A DNA stretch of 64,000 nt from Christensenella sp. UBA7571 (GTDB lineage: Bacteria > Bacillota > Clostridia > Christensenellales > CAG-917). The stretch covers positions 11,472-75,471 of the forward strand of contig DLLD01000004.1 of assembly GCA_002476605.1 (NCBI GenBank), in the 5' to 3' direction. The position numbers and the translations under genes are program-made. Shown one piece after another: positions 39,681 through 48,550 of this stretch; the stretch's first letter is position 1; each line of letters starts with the position of its first letter. The notes under the pieces were generated by a model that did not search any database, was not told the DNA's origin, and saw only the letters and a program-made list of their open reading frames with translations.

Positions 39681-40157
39681 ATGGACAGCGACGTCATAGA
39701 ACAATTGTTTATAAAATATTACAACGACATATTGTTGTATTCGATGTCGCTGACCAAAGACGCCTCCCAAGCCGAAGACTTGGCGCAAGAGGCGTTTTAC
39801 AAAGCGTTGAAGAGCGCAAACGACAGTATTGCCAACTTCAAGGCGTGGGCACTGACTGTGTGTCGCAATATGTTTCTCAACAAAAAGCGTAAGTACGCTC
39901 GTATAGTAGAACTTGACGAGAATATGTCAAGCGAGCGCGACGAAGTGCTTTCCAAAATCGTAAAGGACGAGAAATACCGCGCGCTTTACAACGCAATAGG
40001 GCTTCTTGCCGACAATCTGAAAGAGGTAATCTTGCTTTTCTACTTTGAAAACCTCAAAATAGACGAGATATCGGCAATGCTCGACAAGAGCGAAAGCAAC
40101 GTAAAAGTTATGCTTTTCAGAGGCAGGGAACAAATAAAGAAGATTTTGGAGAAATAG
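39681..40157 (+). CDS. ECF (group 4) RNA polymerase sigma factor
   Basis: 158 aa. Region 2 is ...DASQAEDLAQEAFYKAL...FKAWALTVCRNMFLNKKRK. Region 4 is EVILLFYFENLKIDEISAMLDKSESNVKVMLFRGREQIKK. Confidence 0.88.
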   Translation: MDSDVIEQLFIKYYNDILLYSMSLTKDASQAEDLAQEAFYKALKSANDSIANFKAWALTVCRNMFLNKKRKYARIVELDENMSSERDEVLSKIVKDEKYRALYNAIGLLADNLKEVILLFYFENLKIDEISAMLDKSESNVKVMLFRGREQIKKILEK

Positions 40158-40158
40158 T

Positions 40159-40698
40159 ATGGATTTTGAAAGCGTTTACAAAAAATACGTCGACGGAACG
40201 GCAAACGACGAAGAAAAAGCTTTCGTGGAACAAGAACTCGACAAGGCTCAGAAGATGACGGAAATTATCGACGCGTATCAGTCCTCTCGTCCCATAGAAG
40301 AGGAGTGTGACAAGGAGACTGTCAAAAGAGCGCAAAAGAAATTTGCCAAGAAAAACGCTCTCCGCGCGCTTGCGATAACCGCCGTATGCATAGTGCTCGT
40401 CGCGGCAATCGTGCTTGCGTCCGTGTTCGGAACGGCGTTCGGCTCTGCCAACGCAAACTGCAACGTGACGGCGGAAGAGGCAAAGCAAATCGCACTTCAA
40501 TTCGTTGCCAACACGTACGGAACGGCGGGCGTGCCCATCGTCACGGAGTGCAAGAGAGAGATTGAATATTCCTCCAACTTGCGCCACTCGGTGTATACGT
40601 ACGAGATTGAAATTCAATTCGGTCTCGTCTACGAAATCGACGTAAGAGTAAACGCAAAAACGGGGCTCGTAACCCTCGAAGAAATCTCTTCGACTTGA
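40159..40698 (+). CDS. Single-pass anti-sigma factor with extracellular PepSY domain (non-zinc type)
   Basis: It starts 2 nt after the sigma stop. N-terminus YKKYVDGTANDEEKAFVEQELDKAQK follows the anti-sigma Y.DG.....E...VE..L pattern but has no His/Cys ligands. TM segment LRALAITAVCIVLVAAIVLASVF. C-terminal PepSY-like AEEAKQIALQFV...YTYEIEIQFGLVYEIDVRVNAKTGLV. Confidence 0.7.
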   Translation: MDFESVYKKYVDGTANDEEKAFVEQELDKAQKMTEIIDAYQSSRPIEEECDKETVKRAQKKFAKKNALRALAITAVCIVLVAAIVLASVFGTAFGSANANCNVTAEEAKQIALQFVANTYGTAGVPIVTECKREIEYSSNLRHSVYTYEIEIQFGLVYEIDVRVNAKTGLVTLEEISST

Positions 40699-40810
40699 CG
40701 TAATTTTTGTGAAAAAAACGCATAAAAATAAGCGTTTTTTGATTGAAAAATCATTGTAAAAACCGTCAAAAATCAGCGAAAATATCAACAAAAAACTAAT
40801 AATATAATCA

Positions 40811-40842
40811 AAAAAAAGCGTTGCAAAGTGCAACGCTTTTTA
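40811..40842. terminator. Bidirectional intrinsic terminator between the anti-sigma gene (+) and queH (-)
   Basis: AAAAAAA-AGCGTTGCA-aag-TGCAACGCT-TTTTT. Perfect 9-bp stem. Confidence 0.75.
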
Positions 40843-40844
40843 CG

Positions 40845-40966
40845 TCCGTATTTTATAAAATCGTGAGAGAAATATTGAGATGAAGAACAAGGAACCGATG
40901 CGAAAAAGGCAAACCCAATTTGCTAAACGTAAATGATTTGACGATAGAGCGTCGGTGACGCAGTTA
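40845..40966 (-). repeat. Gene-3' module C, copy 4 (starts at the queH stop codon)
   Basis: The minus strand reads GCGATTAACTGCGTCACCGACGC...GGTTCCTTGTTCTTCATCTCAATATTTC. The 5' block matches GCGAATAACTGCGTCAGACGG at 59769, and the 3' block matches TTCCTTGTTCTTCATCC (59846-59862) and GTTCTTCATCTCAATATCGCG (59911-59931). Confidence 0.7.
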
Positions 40967-41569
40967 ATCGCTCAATAGTTCTCTCACGCAACCGCAGTAT
41001 TGTTGACGATAAATATTCCATTCTTTACATAATTGAATTGAACGCAAATATCCGTCGCGTTTTTTGAAGTCGGAGCAAAGATATTTGACACCGAGTCTTT
41101 GCGCAATAGCAGTGCCTATCTCGTTGATGAGCGGTGCGTTTTTGTGCGGACTGACGGTGAGGGTGGTGGCAAAAAAGTCGTATTCGCCCTCGTGATCAAG
41201 TATATATTTTGCCGTGTTTTCAAGGCGCAAGTTGAAACAAAGAGTGCATCTTGCACCGCCTTCGAGATCGTCTTTGTGTCCTTTGACGTAGGATATATAC
41301 TCCTCTTGCGATTGCTCGGGTACTATAAGTTTTACGCTGTCGTAGTGCGAAATCACCTCTTTAAGTGCCGTTTCGCGCTTGATAAACTCTTCTTTCGGCA
41401 AAATGTTGGGATTGTAGTAATATACGGTCACGTCAAAGTGCGGGGTGAGATATTCAAGCACGCTACTTGCGCAAGGTCCGCAACAAGCGTGCAAAAGAAG
41501 GCGCGGTTTTTCCGTGTGCGCCACCTCGTGTATCTCGTATTCTATCGTGCCTTGCATATACTTTTTCAT
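40964..41569 (-). CDS. queH: Epoxyqueuosine reductase QueH (DUF208)
   Basis: LLLHACCGPCASSVLEYL, YYYNPNI, CTLCFNLRL and YCGC are the conserved Cys blocks of QueH. Confidence 0.88.
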   Translation of the reverse strand: MKKYMQGTIEYEIHEVAHTEKPRLLLHACCGPCASSVLEYLTPHFDVTVYYYNPNILPKEEFIKRETALKEVISHYDSVKLIVPEQSQEEYISYVKGHKDDLEGGARCTLCFNLRLENTAKYILDHEGEYDFFATTLTVSPHKNAPLINEIGTAIAQRLGVKYLCSDFKKRDGYLRSIQLCKEWNIYRQQYCGCVRELLSD

Positions 41570-41674
41570 AAGACGAGTATAACACTTTTTTGCTTATATA
41601 TAAACGATTTTCGGCAATATTTTTGCCTCGTATTTTATTCGTTTTTGCTCAGAAATAAGCCGATTATTTTAATG

Positions 41675-41703
41675 TTGTGTTATCAAATACGCTGTGGTAT
41701 AAT
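41675..41703 (+). promoter_or_regulatory. Sigma-70-type promoter with extended -10 for the ABC exporter operon
   Basis: TTGTGT (41675-41680), 17-nt spacer ending in TGG, TATAAT (41698-41703). Confidence 0.55.
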
Positions 41704-41736
41704 GATAAGTGTATTTTTACGCGCGCGGAGGAAGAT

Positions 41737-42411
41737 ATGGCGCACAACGTATTGAAAGCGGAAAACATCAAAAAGACCTTCAAGACGGGTGAGGTTGAGA
41801 CGCAAGTGTTGAAAGGCGTCGATTTTTGCTTGGACGAGGGTGAATTCGTCGCAATCGTAGGCGAGTCGGGAAGCGGTAAATCAACGCTTCTTTATATCCT
41901 TGCGGGTATCGACAAGGCAACGGAAGGAAAGGTGGAGTTGCTTGGCAACGACCTATCCGCAATATCCGACGAGCAACTTGCCAAAATGCGTAGGAACGAT
42001 TTTTCCTTCGTGTATCAGTTTGACAACCTCGTTCCCAATCTTACGGTGTACGAAAACGTGACTCTTCCGCTCGTTCTCGATAAGCGCAAAGAGAGCGAAT
42101 ACAAAGAGCGTGCGCAAGAGATTTTGGAATATCTCGAGATTGCCGACAGACAAAAGGCGTATCCGAGACAATTGTCGGGCGGTGAACAACAACGCGTTGC
42201 GATTGCGCGCGCGCTTATCACCGATCCCAAAGTTATATTCCTCGACGAACCGACAGGCAGTCTCGACAAAGAGCGCGGTAGGCTGGTTATGGAACTTTTG
42301 AAGGATATCAACAAGAACAGAGGCGTTGCGCTCGTTATGGTCACTCACTCGCAAGCGCACGCGTCCTATGCCTCGCGCATAGTCAAGATGGAAGACGGAT
42401 TGCTCGTGTAA
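41737..42411 (+). CDS. ABC transporter ATP-binding protein (MacB/LolD/FtsE-like)
   Basis: ATG 41737 follows GGAGGAAG. Walker [10 protein letters not shown], signature [15 protein letters not shown], Walker [12 protein letters not shown]. Confidence 0.92.
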   Translation: MAHNVLKAENIKKTFKTGEVETQVLKGVDFCLDEGEFVAIVGESGSGKSTLLYILAGIDKATEGKVELLGNDLSAISDEQLAKMRRNDFSFVYQFDNLVPNLTVYENVTLPLVLDKRKESEYKERAQEILEYLEIADRQKAYPRQLSGGEQQRVAIARALITDPKVIFLDEPTGSLDKERGRLVMELLKDINKNRGVALVMVTHSQAHASYASRIVKMEDGLLV

Positions 42412-42412
42412 T

Positions 42413-44839
42413 ATGGTCAAACTCGCGTTTAGAAACATACTGTCAAAGCCGTTGCGCTCAATAGCCACGATACTTGCTATCGCGGTGGTGGTCGCAATGA
42501 CTTTTTGTATGATTTCCTTTAAGGGCGCGGTGTACGATTATATCTACGCAACGGAAACGTCGGCGGTGGGCAGTGCGGATATCGTCATATCCACGGACAG
42601 CAGTAGCGACCGTATCACCAAAGCCGAACCGCTCAAAGCCTTGCAAGAGGCAAAAGACGTCGTTGCCACGCTCAAACTTTACGCAACTTTCGGCGACGAG
42701 TACGTTATGGTGCGCGGTTTCGAGGCAAGTCAAATAGAGACGTTGCAAACGATAAACGCCGTAAGCGGTGAGATATCCTCACTCAAAGAGGGGCGCAACG
42801 ACGACAACGTCGTAATATCCGAGGCGTGCGCAAAGCACTTCGGACTAAACGTCGGAGATATGTTCAAACTGTCCCTCGGACAAAGACAAACGACGTGCTA
42901 CGTCGGAGCAATCGCAAAAGGGGACGGATATTTTTTGAGCGACGCGCCCTATCAAATCATCGGTACGTCGAGCAATTTTTCAAAACTCATAACGAGTTCG
43001 GTCACGGTCAATCTTTGCAACGAGATTTACCTCACTGTCAAAGACGGCGTGAGCGTGGATGAAGTTATGCAAAAAATCCGCGCAATGGACGAGTATAAGG
43101 ACTTGCTCGTAAAAGAGGCAAAAGACGCTGCCTACGTCAACGAGCAGACGCAAAGTCTCACCGCGCCCGTAGTGCTTGCGGGCGGTGCGGTATTTTTGCT
43201 CGGCATTGCCATTATCGTAATCTTGTTCGTTATGAGCGAGGGTGAGAAAGTTGCGCTCATCGCAAAACTCAAAATCGTCGGTGCAACCAAACGCCAACTA
43301 GTCGGAATATTCCTCATAGAAAGCGTAATTTTGTCAATGCTCGGTACGCTTATAGGCTCGGCACTTGCGGTGGGTACGTTCGTTGCGATACTCAAAATCA
43401 CGCTTACGAGCGCGACGGTGTTCAATATCTCCGTGCAATATCTTTTCGTGGCGGGTATCGTCGGATTTTTCACTGCGATACTTGCGTCTCTTGCACCCGT
43501 TCTTCAAGCGTTCAAGGGCACTATTCGCGACAATCAATTGGACATCAAAGAGACGAACAAACGTCAATATATACTGCCGATAGCCTTAATTTTGCTCACT
43601 GTCGTGAGCGTGATTATAGAATTTACGGTGGAAAGCGTGACGGGCGCAATGGCAATCGTAAGCCTCATTCTTGCAATGCTTGCGCTTGCTTCGAGCGCGT
43701 CTCCGCTTATGAAAATTTGTGCAAAAGTCTGCAAAAAATCGAGCGCGCCGTCTATGAAAGTGGCAAGCCTCGATATGACGAGAGAGAAACGTTTTATGCG
43801 CTCGTCAACGCTCCTTACGACGGGTATGACCATTGCAATGACCTTGTTTATGGCGTGGTCGCTCACCACGAGCGTGTTTACCTCGTACGTCAATCAGTTC
43901 GGGGATATGGCGTTCGTCACCAACGTCAGAGAAAGCGTCGTCGCCAATGAGTTCAAGCAAACGGACGGTGTGAAAGACGCCACCAAAATGGTTTGGGGAC
44001 AAGGTGAAATCCTTGTCCAAGGCAAAGAAAAGACTATGAATATTCTCGGCTCGGAGGATATTCTCGATATGGTAGATTTTGAGTACGTTACGCCCAAAGA
44101 GACGGTTTACACGCGCATTTCGGAAGATAAACCATACGTTTTCGTCGATATAGCACTTCAAAAGCTGTACGGCATCAAAGAGGGAGACGTGCTTGAAATG
44201 TCGTTCGGAAAAGAGAGCGGACAAGTGATTGTGGGCGGTGTGCTCAAACACGAATTGTTCAGCGGAAACTATATCGTCACGTCCGCAAAGACTATGGAGG
44301 ACGTATTCGGCAAAAAGGTGGATACTGTGCTCGTAGTGTCCGACGGAAACGTGCAAAAGTGCGTGGAAGCGTTGCGTGCACGGTACGCCGTCAACAACTA
44401 TTACGTTATATCCGCGCTCGACGCGTACAAGTGGGATATGGAAAGTATGAACGCCGTGTTCGACCTCATCGGCACGCTTGCGGTGGTGGTTGCGCTGTTC
44501 ATATTTGCCGTGACCGTGGCAACCGCGCTTATCGGCAGAGGCGTGTCCAAGCAATCGAGAGTGGCACTCTTAAACGCAGGTATGTCCAAGAATACGCTTC
44601 TCAAAACCGAGATTTTGGAACACGCGATAATTGCGCTCGTGGCTTTTTGCGCGTCCTTCGCCGTGTCGGTGTTGCTTGCCTCTTGCCTTATCCACGCGCT
44701 TCGCTTGTTCGGAATGTACTTTGAGTTTATGTATAGGGCGTGGGTGGTTGCCGTGGTCGGTATCGCTATGGGCGCGGGGTATACGCTTATACCGCTTGTG
44801 CTCAACTTCAAAAAAGGTTATACTGTCAAAAAGGGTTGA
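42413..44839 (+). CDS. FtsX/MacB-type ABC permease with two FtsX modules (808 aa)
   Basis: N-terminus MVKLAFRNILSKPLRSIATILAIAVVVAM. Two clusters of 3-4 TM helices are separated by large extracytoplasmic domains. It starts 2 nt after the ATPase stop. Confidence 0.86.
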   Translation: MVKLAFRNILSKPLRSIATILAIAVVVAMTFCMISFKGAVYDYIYATETSAVGSADIVISTDSSSDRITKAEPLKALQEAKDVVATLKLYATFGDEYVMVRGFEASQIETLQTINAVSGEISSLKEGRNDDNVVISEACAKHFGLNVGDMFKLSLGQRQTTCYVGAIAKGDGYFLSDAPYQIIGTSSNFSKLITSSVTVNLCNEIYLTVKDGVSVDEVMQKIRAMDEYKDLLVKEAKDAAYVNEQTQSLTAPVVLAGGAVFLLGIAIIVILFVMSEGEKVALIAKLKIVGATKRQLVGIFLIESVILSMLGTLIGSALAVGTFVAILKITLTSATVFNISVQYLFVAGIVGFFTAILASLAPVLQAFKGTIRDNQLDIKETNKRQYILPIALILLTVVSVIIEFTVESVTGAMAIVSLILAMLALASSASPLMKICAKVCKKSSAPSMKVASLDMTREKRFMRSSTLLTTGMTIAMTLFMAWSLTTSVFTSYVNQFGDMAFVTNVRESVVANEFKQTDGVKDATKMVWGQGEILVQGKEKTMNILGSEDILDMVDFEYVTPKETVYTRISEDKPYVFVDIALQKLYGIKEGDVLEMSFGKESGQVIVGGVLKHELFSGNYIVTSAKTMEDVFGKKVDTVLVVSDGNVQKCVEALRARYAVNNYYVISALDAYKWDMESMNAVFDLIGTLAVVVALFIFAVTVATALIGRGVSKQSRVALLNAGMSKNTLLKTEILEHAIIALVAFCASFAVSVLLASCLIHALRLFGMYFEFMYRAWVVAVVGIAMGAGYTLIPLVLNFKKGYTVKKG

Positions 44840-44841
44840 TT

Positions 44842-46629
44842 ATGAAAAACAAACTGAAAATAGTGTCCGTAATTCTCGCTTTGGTGCTCGCGCTGTGCGT
44901 GTGTCTCGTTGCGTGCAACAAAACTAAAACCGATCCCGCAAAAGAGCGCGCCGACGCGGTGGCGTCCGTTGAAAACGCGTTTATGAGCGGTGTGGTTGAC
45001 GGTTGGACCAATTCGCTTGACGAGCAAAGCCTCAAAGGCAGAGACGATGCGGGTGACTATATAGTTACGCTTGGTTGGACGAAGATGATTTGCTCGGTGG
45101 TGAGCGAGTCCGACTTGCAGACGGCAAAAATCAAGTCGCTTGCAACCGCGTTATCCTCTCAAAACGGCAAGACGTTGCTCGGTGACTTTGAAAAGAATGC
45201 GGAATTGCTTATCCCGCTCCTCAAAGAGGTTGGCTTCACCCCCAGCGACGTGTCCGCAATCGTGTACGATTTGACTTGCGCGATGGTGTCCAAGGGATAC
45301 AAGACTATTTGCGACGTGTATAACGAGCTTATCGACCTCGAACAGTATATGCGCCAAAACGCAATCTCGGGCAAACCGCTCGACAACGTCGTGAAAAACA
45401 GACTTTCTATAAGCATTGCAAAGAGCGATTTCGTGACGACGGACACCGAGAAGTCGCAAATGCTCACCGCTTTTTCAAACGCAAGGAACGCGCTCGGTAG
45501 GCTCGTATCGTTTGCGTATAATATGTCCGTCAACGCAATCACGGACGACTTGTACGGCAAGCTTTTTGACGACAGCGGTGCGCTCGGTGAAATCACGGAC
45601 GGTGAAATCGCAACGCTCGTCGATACGCTTTTGCTCAACGTGCAAGACCTCAAAGACGCGCTCAATCAAAACGAAGTGAGTGCGCTCAACTCCGCGCTCG
45701 ACCTCGTTATAGACAAATTCGACAAAAAAACGGTGTCTTCGGCAATCTACGCGCAAATCGTCAAATACGCCAAATACGCCTATATGGTCGTGGACGTTAT
45801 TCCGACTATTTGCGACGTCGTGACGTCAAGCGGAAACTTGCTCTCGTCCGAGGACTTTATCAAAGACTTTCTCTCGGTGGCGCAAAACGGTGACAATCTC
45901 GATACCGCCACAAACCGCATAAATCAATCCATTCTTGTATCGAGGGCAATACTCAATCTCACGAGCGAGGGCGGTTACGACGAGCAAAAACTCTTGAATA
46001 TCGTTGACGAAATCGTCAGCGCAAATACGGGTGAGTATCAAAAGGCAGTCCCGCTTTTCACGCTCGATTTGGCGTTCAACTTCTCGTCGCTCTACGACTC
46101 CGTGACGGGTGACGACGATACGGACTTGTGGGAAGTGGTGCACTCGGGCGTTATGACGCAAGACGCGCTTTCGACGCAAGTGTCGCTGGTGTTCTTCTTC
46201 GACGGCGGATTTGACAACTTCAAAGAAACTTATTATAGCTACACGAGAGGCGACGCAACGCAAGCGCAACTTCGCAGTGCGCTTGACAGATGCTCGTTTG
46301 GCAGTTTCATCGAGAACGGGCGCATTTTCAGAACGGACGAACTCTATACGTCGGATTGGTACGACTACTACGTGACTATCGGGCTCAACGCCGTCAACCA
46401 AAAGGTGTCAAACGTCCTCAAAAACAACGTGTCACACGATATCAAAGCGTTCGTCGGTGACTACTTTGCGGAAAATTCAGAAATGAAAGAGGCTATCCAA
46501 ACGCTTGCTCAAATGAGTATTCTCACGCAAAACGCAAGCGAAGAGGAAATCAACGGCACGTATATTCCGCTTTTGTCCAAGAGCAGAGTGCTGGGCGCAA
46601 CGATTTTGTTTATGTTGCAAGCCGATTGA
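44842..46629 (+). CDS. Large (595 aa) predicted lipoprotein, helical, unknown function
   Basis: ATG 44842 (MKNKLKIVSVILALVLALCVCLVAC-N) gives a lipobox. It starts 3 nt after the permease stop. The sequence is rich in L/A/D/K/S and I recognise no family motif. Confidence 0.7.
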   Translation: MKNKLKIVSVILALVLALCVCLVACNKTKTDPAKERADAVASVENAFMSGVVDGWTNSLDEQSLKGRDDAGDYIVTLGWTKMICSVVSESDLQTAKIKSLATALSSQNGKTLLGDFEKNAELLIPLLKEVGFTPSDVSAIVYDLTCAMVSKGYKTICDVYNELIDLEQYMRQNAISGKPLDNVVKNRLSISIAKSDFVTTDTEKSQMLTAFSNARNALGRLVSFAYNMSVNAITDDLYGKLFDDSGALGEITDGEIATLVDTLLLNVQDLKDALNQNEVSALNSALDLVIDKFDKKTVSSAIYAQIVKYAKYAYMVVDVIPTICDVVTSSGNLLSSEDFIKDFLSVAQNGDNLDTATNRINQSILVSRAILNLTSEGGYDEQKLLNIVDEIVSANTGEYQKAVPLFTLDLAFNFSSLYDSVTGDDDTDLWEVVHSGVMTQDALSTQVSLVFFFDGGFDNFKETYYSYTRGDATQAQLRSALDRCSFGSFIENGRIFRTDELYTSDWYDYYVTIGLNAVNQKVSNVLKNNVSHDIKAFVGDYFAENSEMKEAIQTLAQMSILTQNASEEEINGTYIPLLSKSRVLGATILFMLQAD

Positions 46630-46779
46630 CAAAACGGGCAATATATCGTAAAATAAACTTGAAATCAGAAACGATGTGAAAGCGTCTCAAATCGGAGTGG
46701 CGGTGCTACCAAAACGATGAGCAAGCGGGCGCAATCGATACGGAGTGTAAGACGACATAATAATATAGGTGCATTACGT

Positions 46780-46814
46780 TTGCGCCGTCGTTTTACGCGA
46801 CGGCGCAATTTTTT
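46780..46814 (+). terminator. Intrinsic terminator of the ABC-lipoprotein operon
   Basis: TTGCGCCGTCG-ttttacg-CGACGGCGCAA-TTTTTT. Perfect 11-bp stem. Confidence 0.8.
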
Positions 46815-46848
46815 AATTAATAATTAAAAATTAATAATTAATAATTGC

Positions 46849-46970
46849 GGAATATTCCACAAACAAATGCGCCGAAGGCGCGCACACCAAGCAAGCGATA
46901 TGGCGAAATTGTGGCGGGAATATCAATCCTTCTATGATTGATAGCGTGTATCGGTTGCGCGGTAGTAGAG
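46849..46970 (+). repeat. Intergenic module D, copy 2 (GGAATATTCCAC + TGCGCC hairpin + CCAAGCAAGCGATATGGCGAAATTGTGGC ... GGTTGCGCGGTAGTAG)
   Basis: See 16787-16960. It begins with the perfect palindrome GGAATATTCC (46849-46858), which is preceded by a TAAT-rich tract (46811-46846). Confidence 0.7.
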
Positions 46971-47039
46971 CAATAAGACTAGCGTGGCACTAGACAATGA
47001 ACTTGTGAGTTGTCTTTGACACAGCGACGACTTTTGCGG

Positions 47040-47112
47040 TTATCACTTGCGCGTAGCGCAAATATCACTGTTGCATAGCAACAATATCACTCTCGCTATG
47101 CGAGAATATGAG
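47040..47112 (+). repeat. Hairpin-heptamer array 4 (3 units) running into the SD of the next gene
   Basis: TTATCAC, ttgcgc-gta-gcgcaa ATATCAC, tgttgc-ata-gcaaca ATATCAC, tctcgc-tat-gcgaga ATATGAGG. Hairpins start at 47047, 47069 and 47091 (22-nt phase). The last heptamer is replaced by ATATGAGG, which supplies the GAGG SD for ATG 47122. Confidence 0.9.
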
Positions 47113-47121
47113 GTTAATTCT

Positions 47122-47376
47122 ATGAAAAAAATCGGTGTAGTGGGTATCGTACTCAAAGGTGACAAGGCGGTTGCCGTCGAAATGCAAAAAGTTTTGAGCG
47201 ATTTTGCAGATATTATAGTGGGGCGTATGGGCGTGCCGAGAAAAGAGGCAAACGCAATCGCGCTTATCGTCGAGGGCGCGCAAGAGCGCATTTCCGCACT
47301 TACGGGTAAGCTCGGCAGATTTGAAAGTTTGAGTGTGAAATCCGCAATAACGTCCTTTGAATTGTCCGAGGAATAA
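47122..47376 (+). CDS. TM1266-like small ACT/NikR-C-type regulator (family annotated as iron-only hydrogenase system regulator)
   Basis: 84 aa. IGVVGIVLKGDKAVAVEMQKVLSDFADIIVGRMGVPRKEANAIALIVEGAQERISALTGKLGRFESLSVKSAI follows the family pattern IGIIV.....V..LN.LL..Y...I.GRMG.P......I.L.V......I.ALTGKLG...G...K as I recall it. Confidence 0.65.
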   Translation: MKKIGVVGIVLKGDKAVAVEMQKVLSDFADIIVGRMGVPRKEANAIALIVEGAQERISALTGKLGRFESLSVKSAITSFELSEE

Positions 47377-47436
47377 GGCGTTTCAAGAACGAAGAATACG
47401 ACCTTGTAAAACCGTATAGAAACCAAACCGTTTGGG

Positions 47437-47461
47437 AGATATCCAATTGATAGATATCCAA
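47437..47461 (+). promoter_or_regulatory. Direct repeat AGATATCCAA x2 (15-nt register) between the regulator and the binding-protein gene; candidate operator
   Basis: AGATATCCAA at 47437-47446 and again at 47452-47461, separated by TTGAT. Confidence 0.3.
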
Positions 47462-47503
47462 ACGAAAAAAATAAATAGTAAATAAATTTTTAGAGGTATA
47501 TAT

Positions 47504-48535
47504 ATGAAAAACAACAAGTTTTTTGCTATCGTGGCAATAATCGTGATCGCAATGATTGCGTGCGTCTCGCTCGTTGCTTGCAACGACGATAAAGGCGGCG
47601 GCAACGGCACAAACTATCGTGACGGCGTGAGCGAGCTTACGTTCAGCGCCCCCGAAGGCACTCCCGCACTTGCAATGCTTCGCCTCGTCACCGACAACGA
47701 GAAAATCGACGGAACGAAAGTCAATTACAAGGTGGTCAAACCCGCAAATATCGCGGTGGAAATGTCCTCCAAGAGCAGTGATTTGGTGATTATGCCCGTC
47801 AACGCGGGTGCAAATCTCATAAGACAAGGCGCGGACTACAAGCTCGTAAGCGTGGCGGTCAACGGCAGTCTTTATATGATCGGCAACACCGACAGCGGAG
47901 TTATCACTCTTGACGATATCAAGGGCAAAGTGGTGGCTTGCATTGGTCAAACTGGCGTCCCCGGACTCGTGTTCAGATACGTTATGAACGCCAACGATAT
48001 TCAAATGGTAACGGACGAAAACGCGACTATCGGCGCAAATCAAGTCGGTGTGCGCTACGTCGCGGACGGCCCTGCGGCAAGAGTGTTGCTCGCAAGCGGT
48101 CAAGCGGATTTTGCAGTGGTGGGTGAGCCCGCCGCAACGCAATTCAAAACCGCACTTTCACTCTCTTCCGAGATGGATATGCAAGCGGAATACGCAAGAG
48201 TATCGGGCGCAAGCAATTATGCGCAAGCGGGCTTGTTCGTAAGAAGCGGACTTGCAAACGACACCGCTTTTATGAACGCGCTCTTTGACGCGTTGAGTGC
48301 AAATAAGACTTGGATAACGGCAAATCCGAGCGAAGTCACCTCTTTTGCAAAAGAACATCTTTACGAAAGTGCGACTTTCCCCGCTCCGAGTATTGCGAGA
48401 TGCGCAATCAACGCAACCAAGCTCGACGAGACTCAAAAGAGCGAAATCTTGACGTTCCTTGCAAAGGTTATGTCCAAAGATTCGCAAGGCAACGCAATAG
48501 ATTGGCAAGATAACGCAGATAAAATCTTTGCGTAA
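47504..48535 (+). CDS. ABC transporter substrate-binding lipoprotein, NMT1/SsuA/TauA-like
   Basis: Lipobox IACVSLVAC-N followed by a Gly-rich linker. The length (~340 aa) and gene context (SsuC-type permease and SsuB-type ATPase downstream) fit. The family call is moderate. Confidence 0.75.
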   Translation: MKNNKFFAIVAIIVIAMIACVSLVACNDDKGGGNGTNYRDGVSELTFSAPEGTPALAMLRLVTDNEKIDGTKVNYKVVKPANIAVEMSSKSSDLVIMPVNAGANLIRQGADYKLVSVAVNGSLYMIGNTDSGVITLDDIKGKVVACIGQTGVPGLVFRYVMNANDIQMVTDENATIGANQVGVRYVADGPAARVLLASGQADFAVVGEPAATQFKTALSLSSEMDMQAEYARVSGASNYAQAGLFVRSGLANDTAFMNALFDALSANKTWITANPSEVTSFAKEHLYESATFPAPSIARCAINATKLDETQKSEILTFLAKVMSKDSQGNAIDWQDNADKIFA

Positions 48536-48550
48536 ACCACGTAAAAAATT

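Noticed and set aside
46715-46828. Possible 37-codon Arg-rich small ORF (ATG 46715, MSKRAQSIRSVRRHNNIGALRLRRRFTRRRNFLINN) downstream of the lipoprotein gene.
   Set aside because: There is no SD, and it reads straight through the strong terminator hairpin at 46780-46814. The Arg-rich composition is explained by the CG-rich stem. It is most likely non-coding 3' UTR.
46984-47000. TGGCAC at 46985-46990 as a possible sigma-54 -24 element.
   Set aside because: The required TTGC(A/T) -12 element is absent at the 4-5-nt spacing (the sequence is TGGCACTAGACAATGA).
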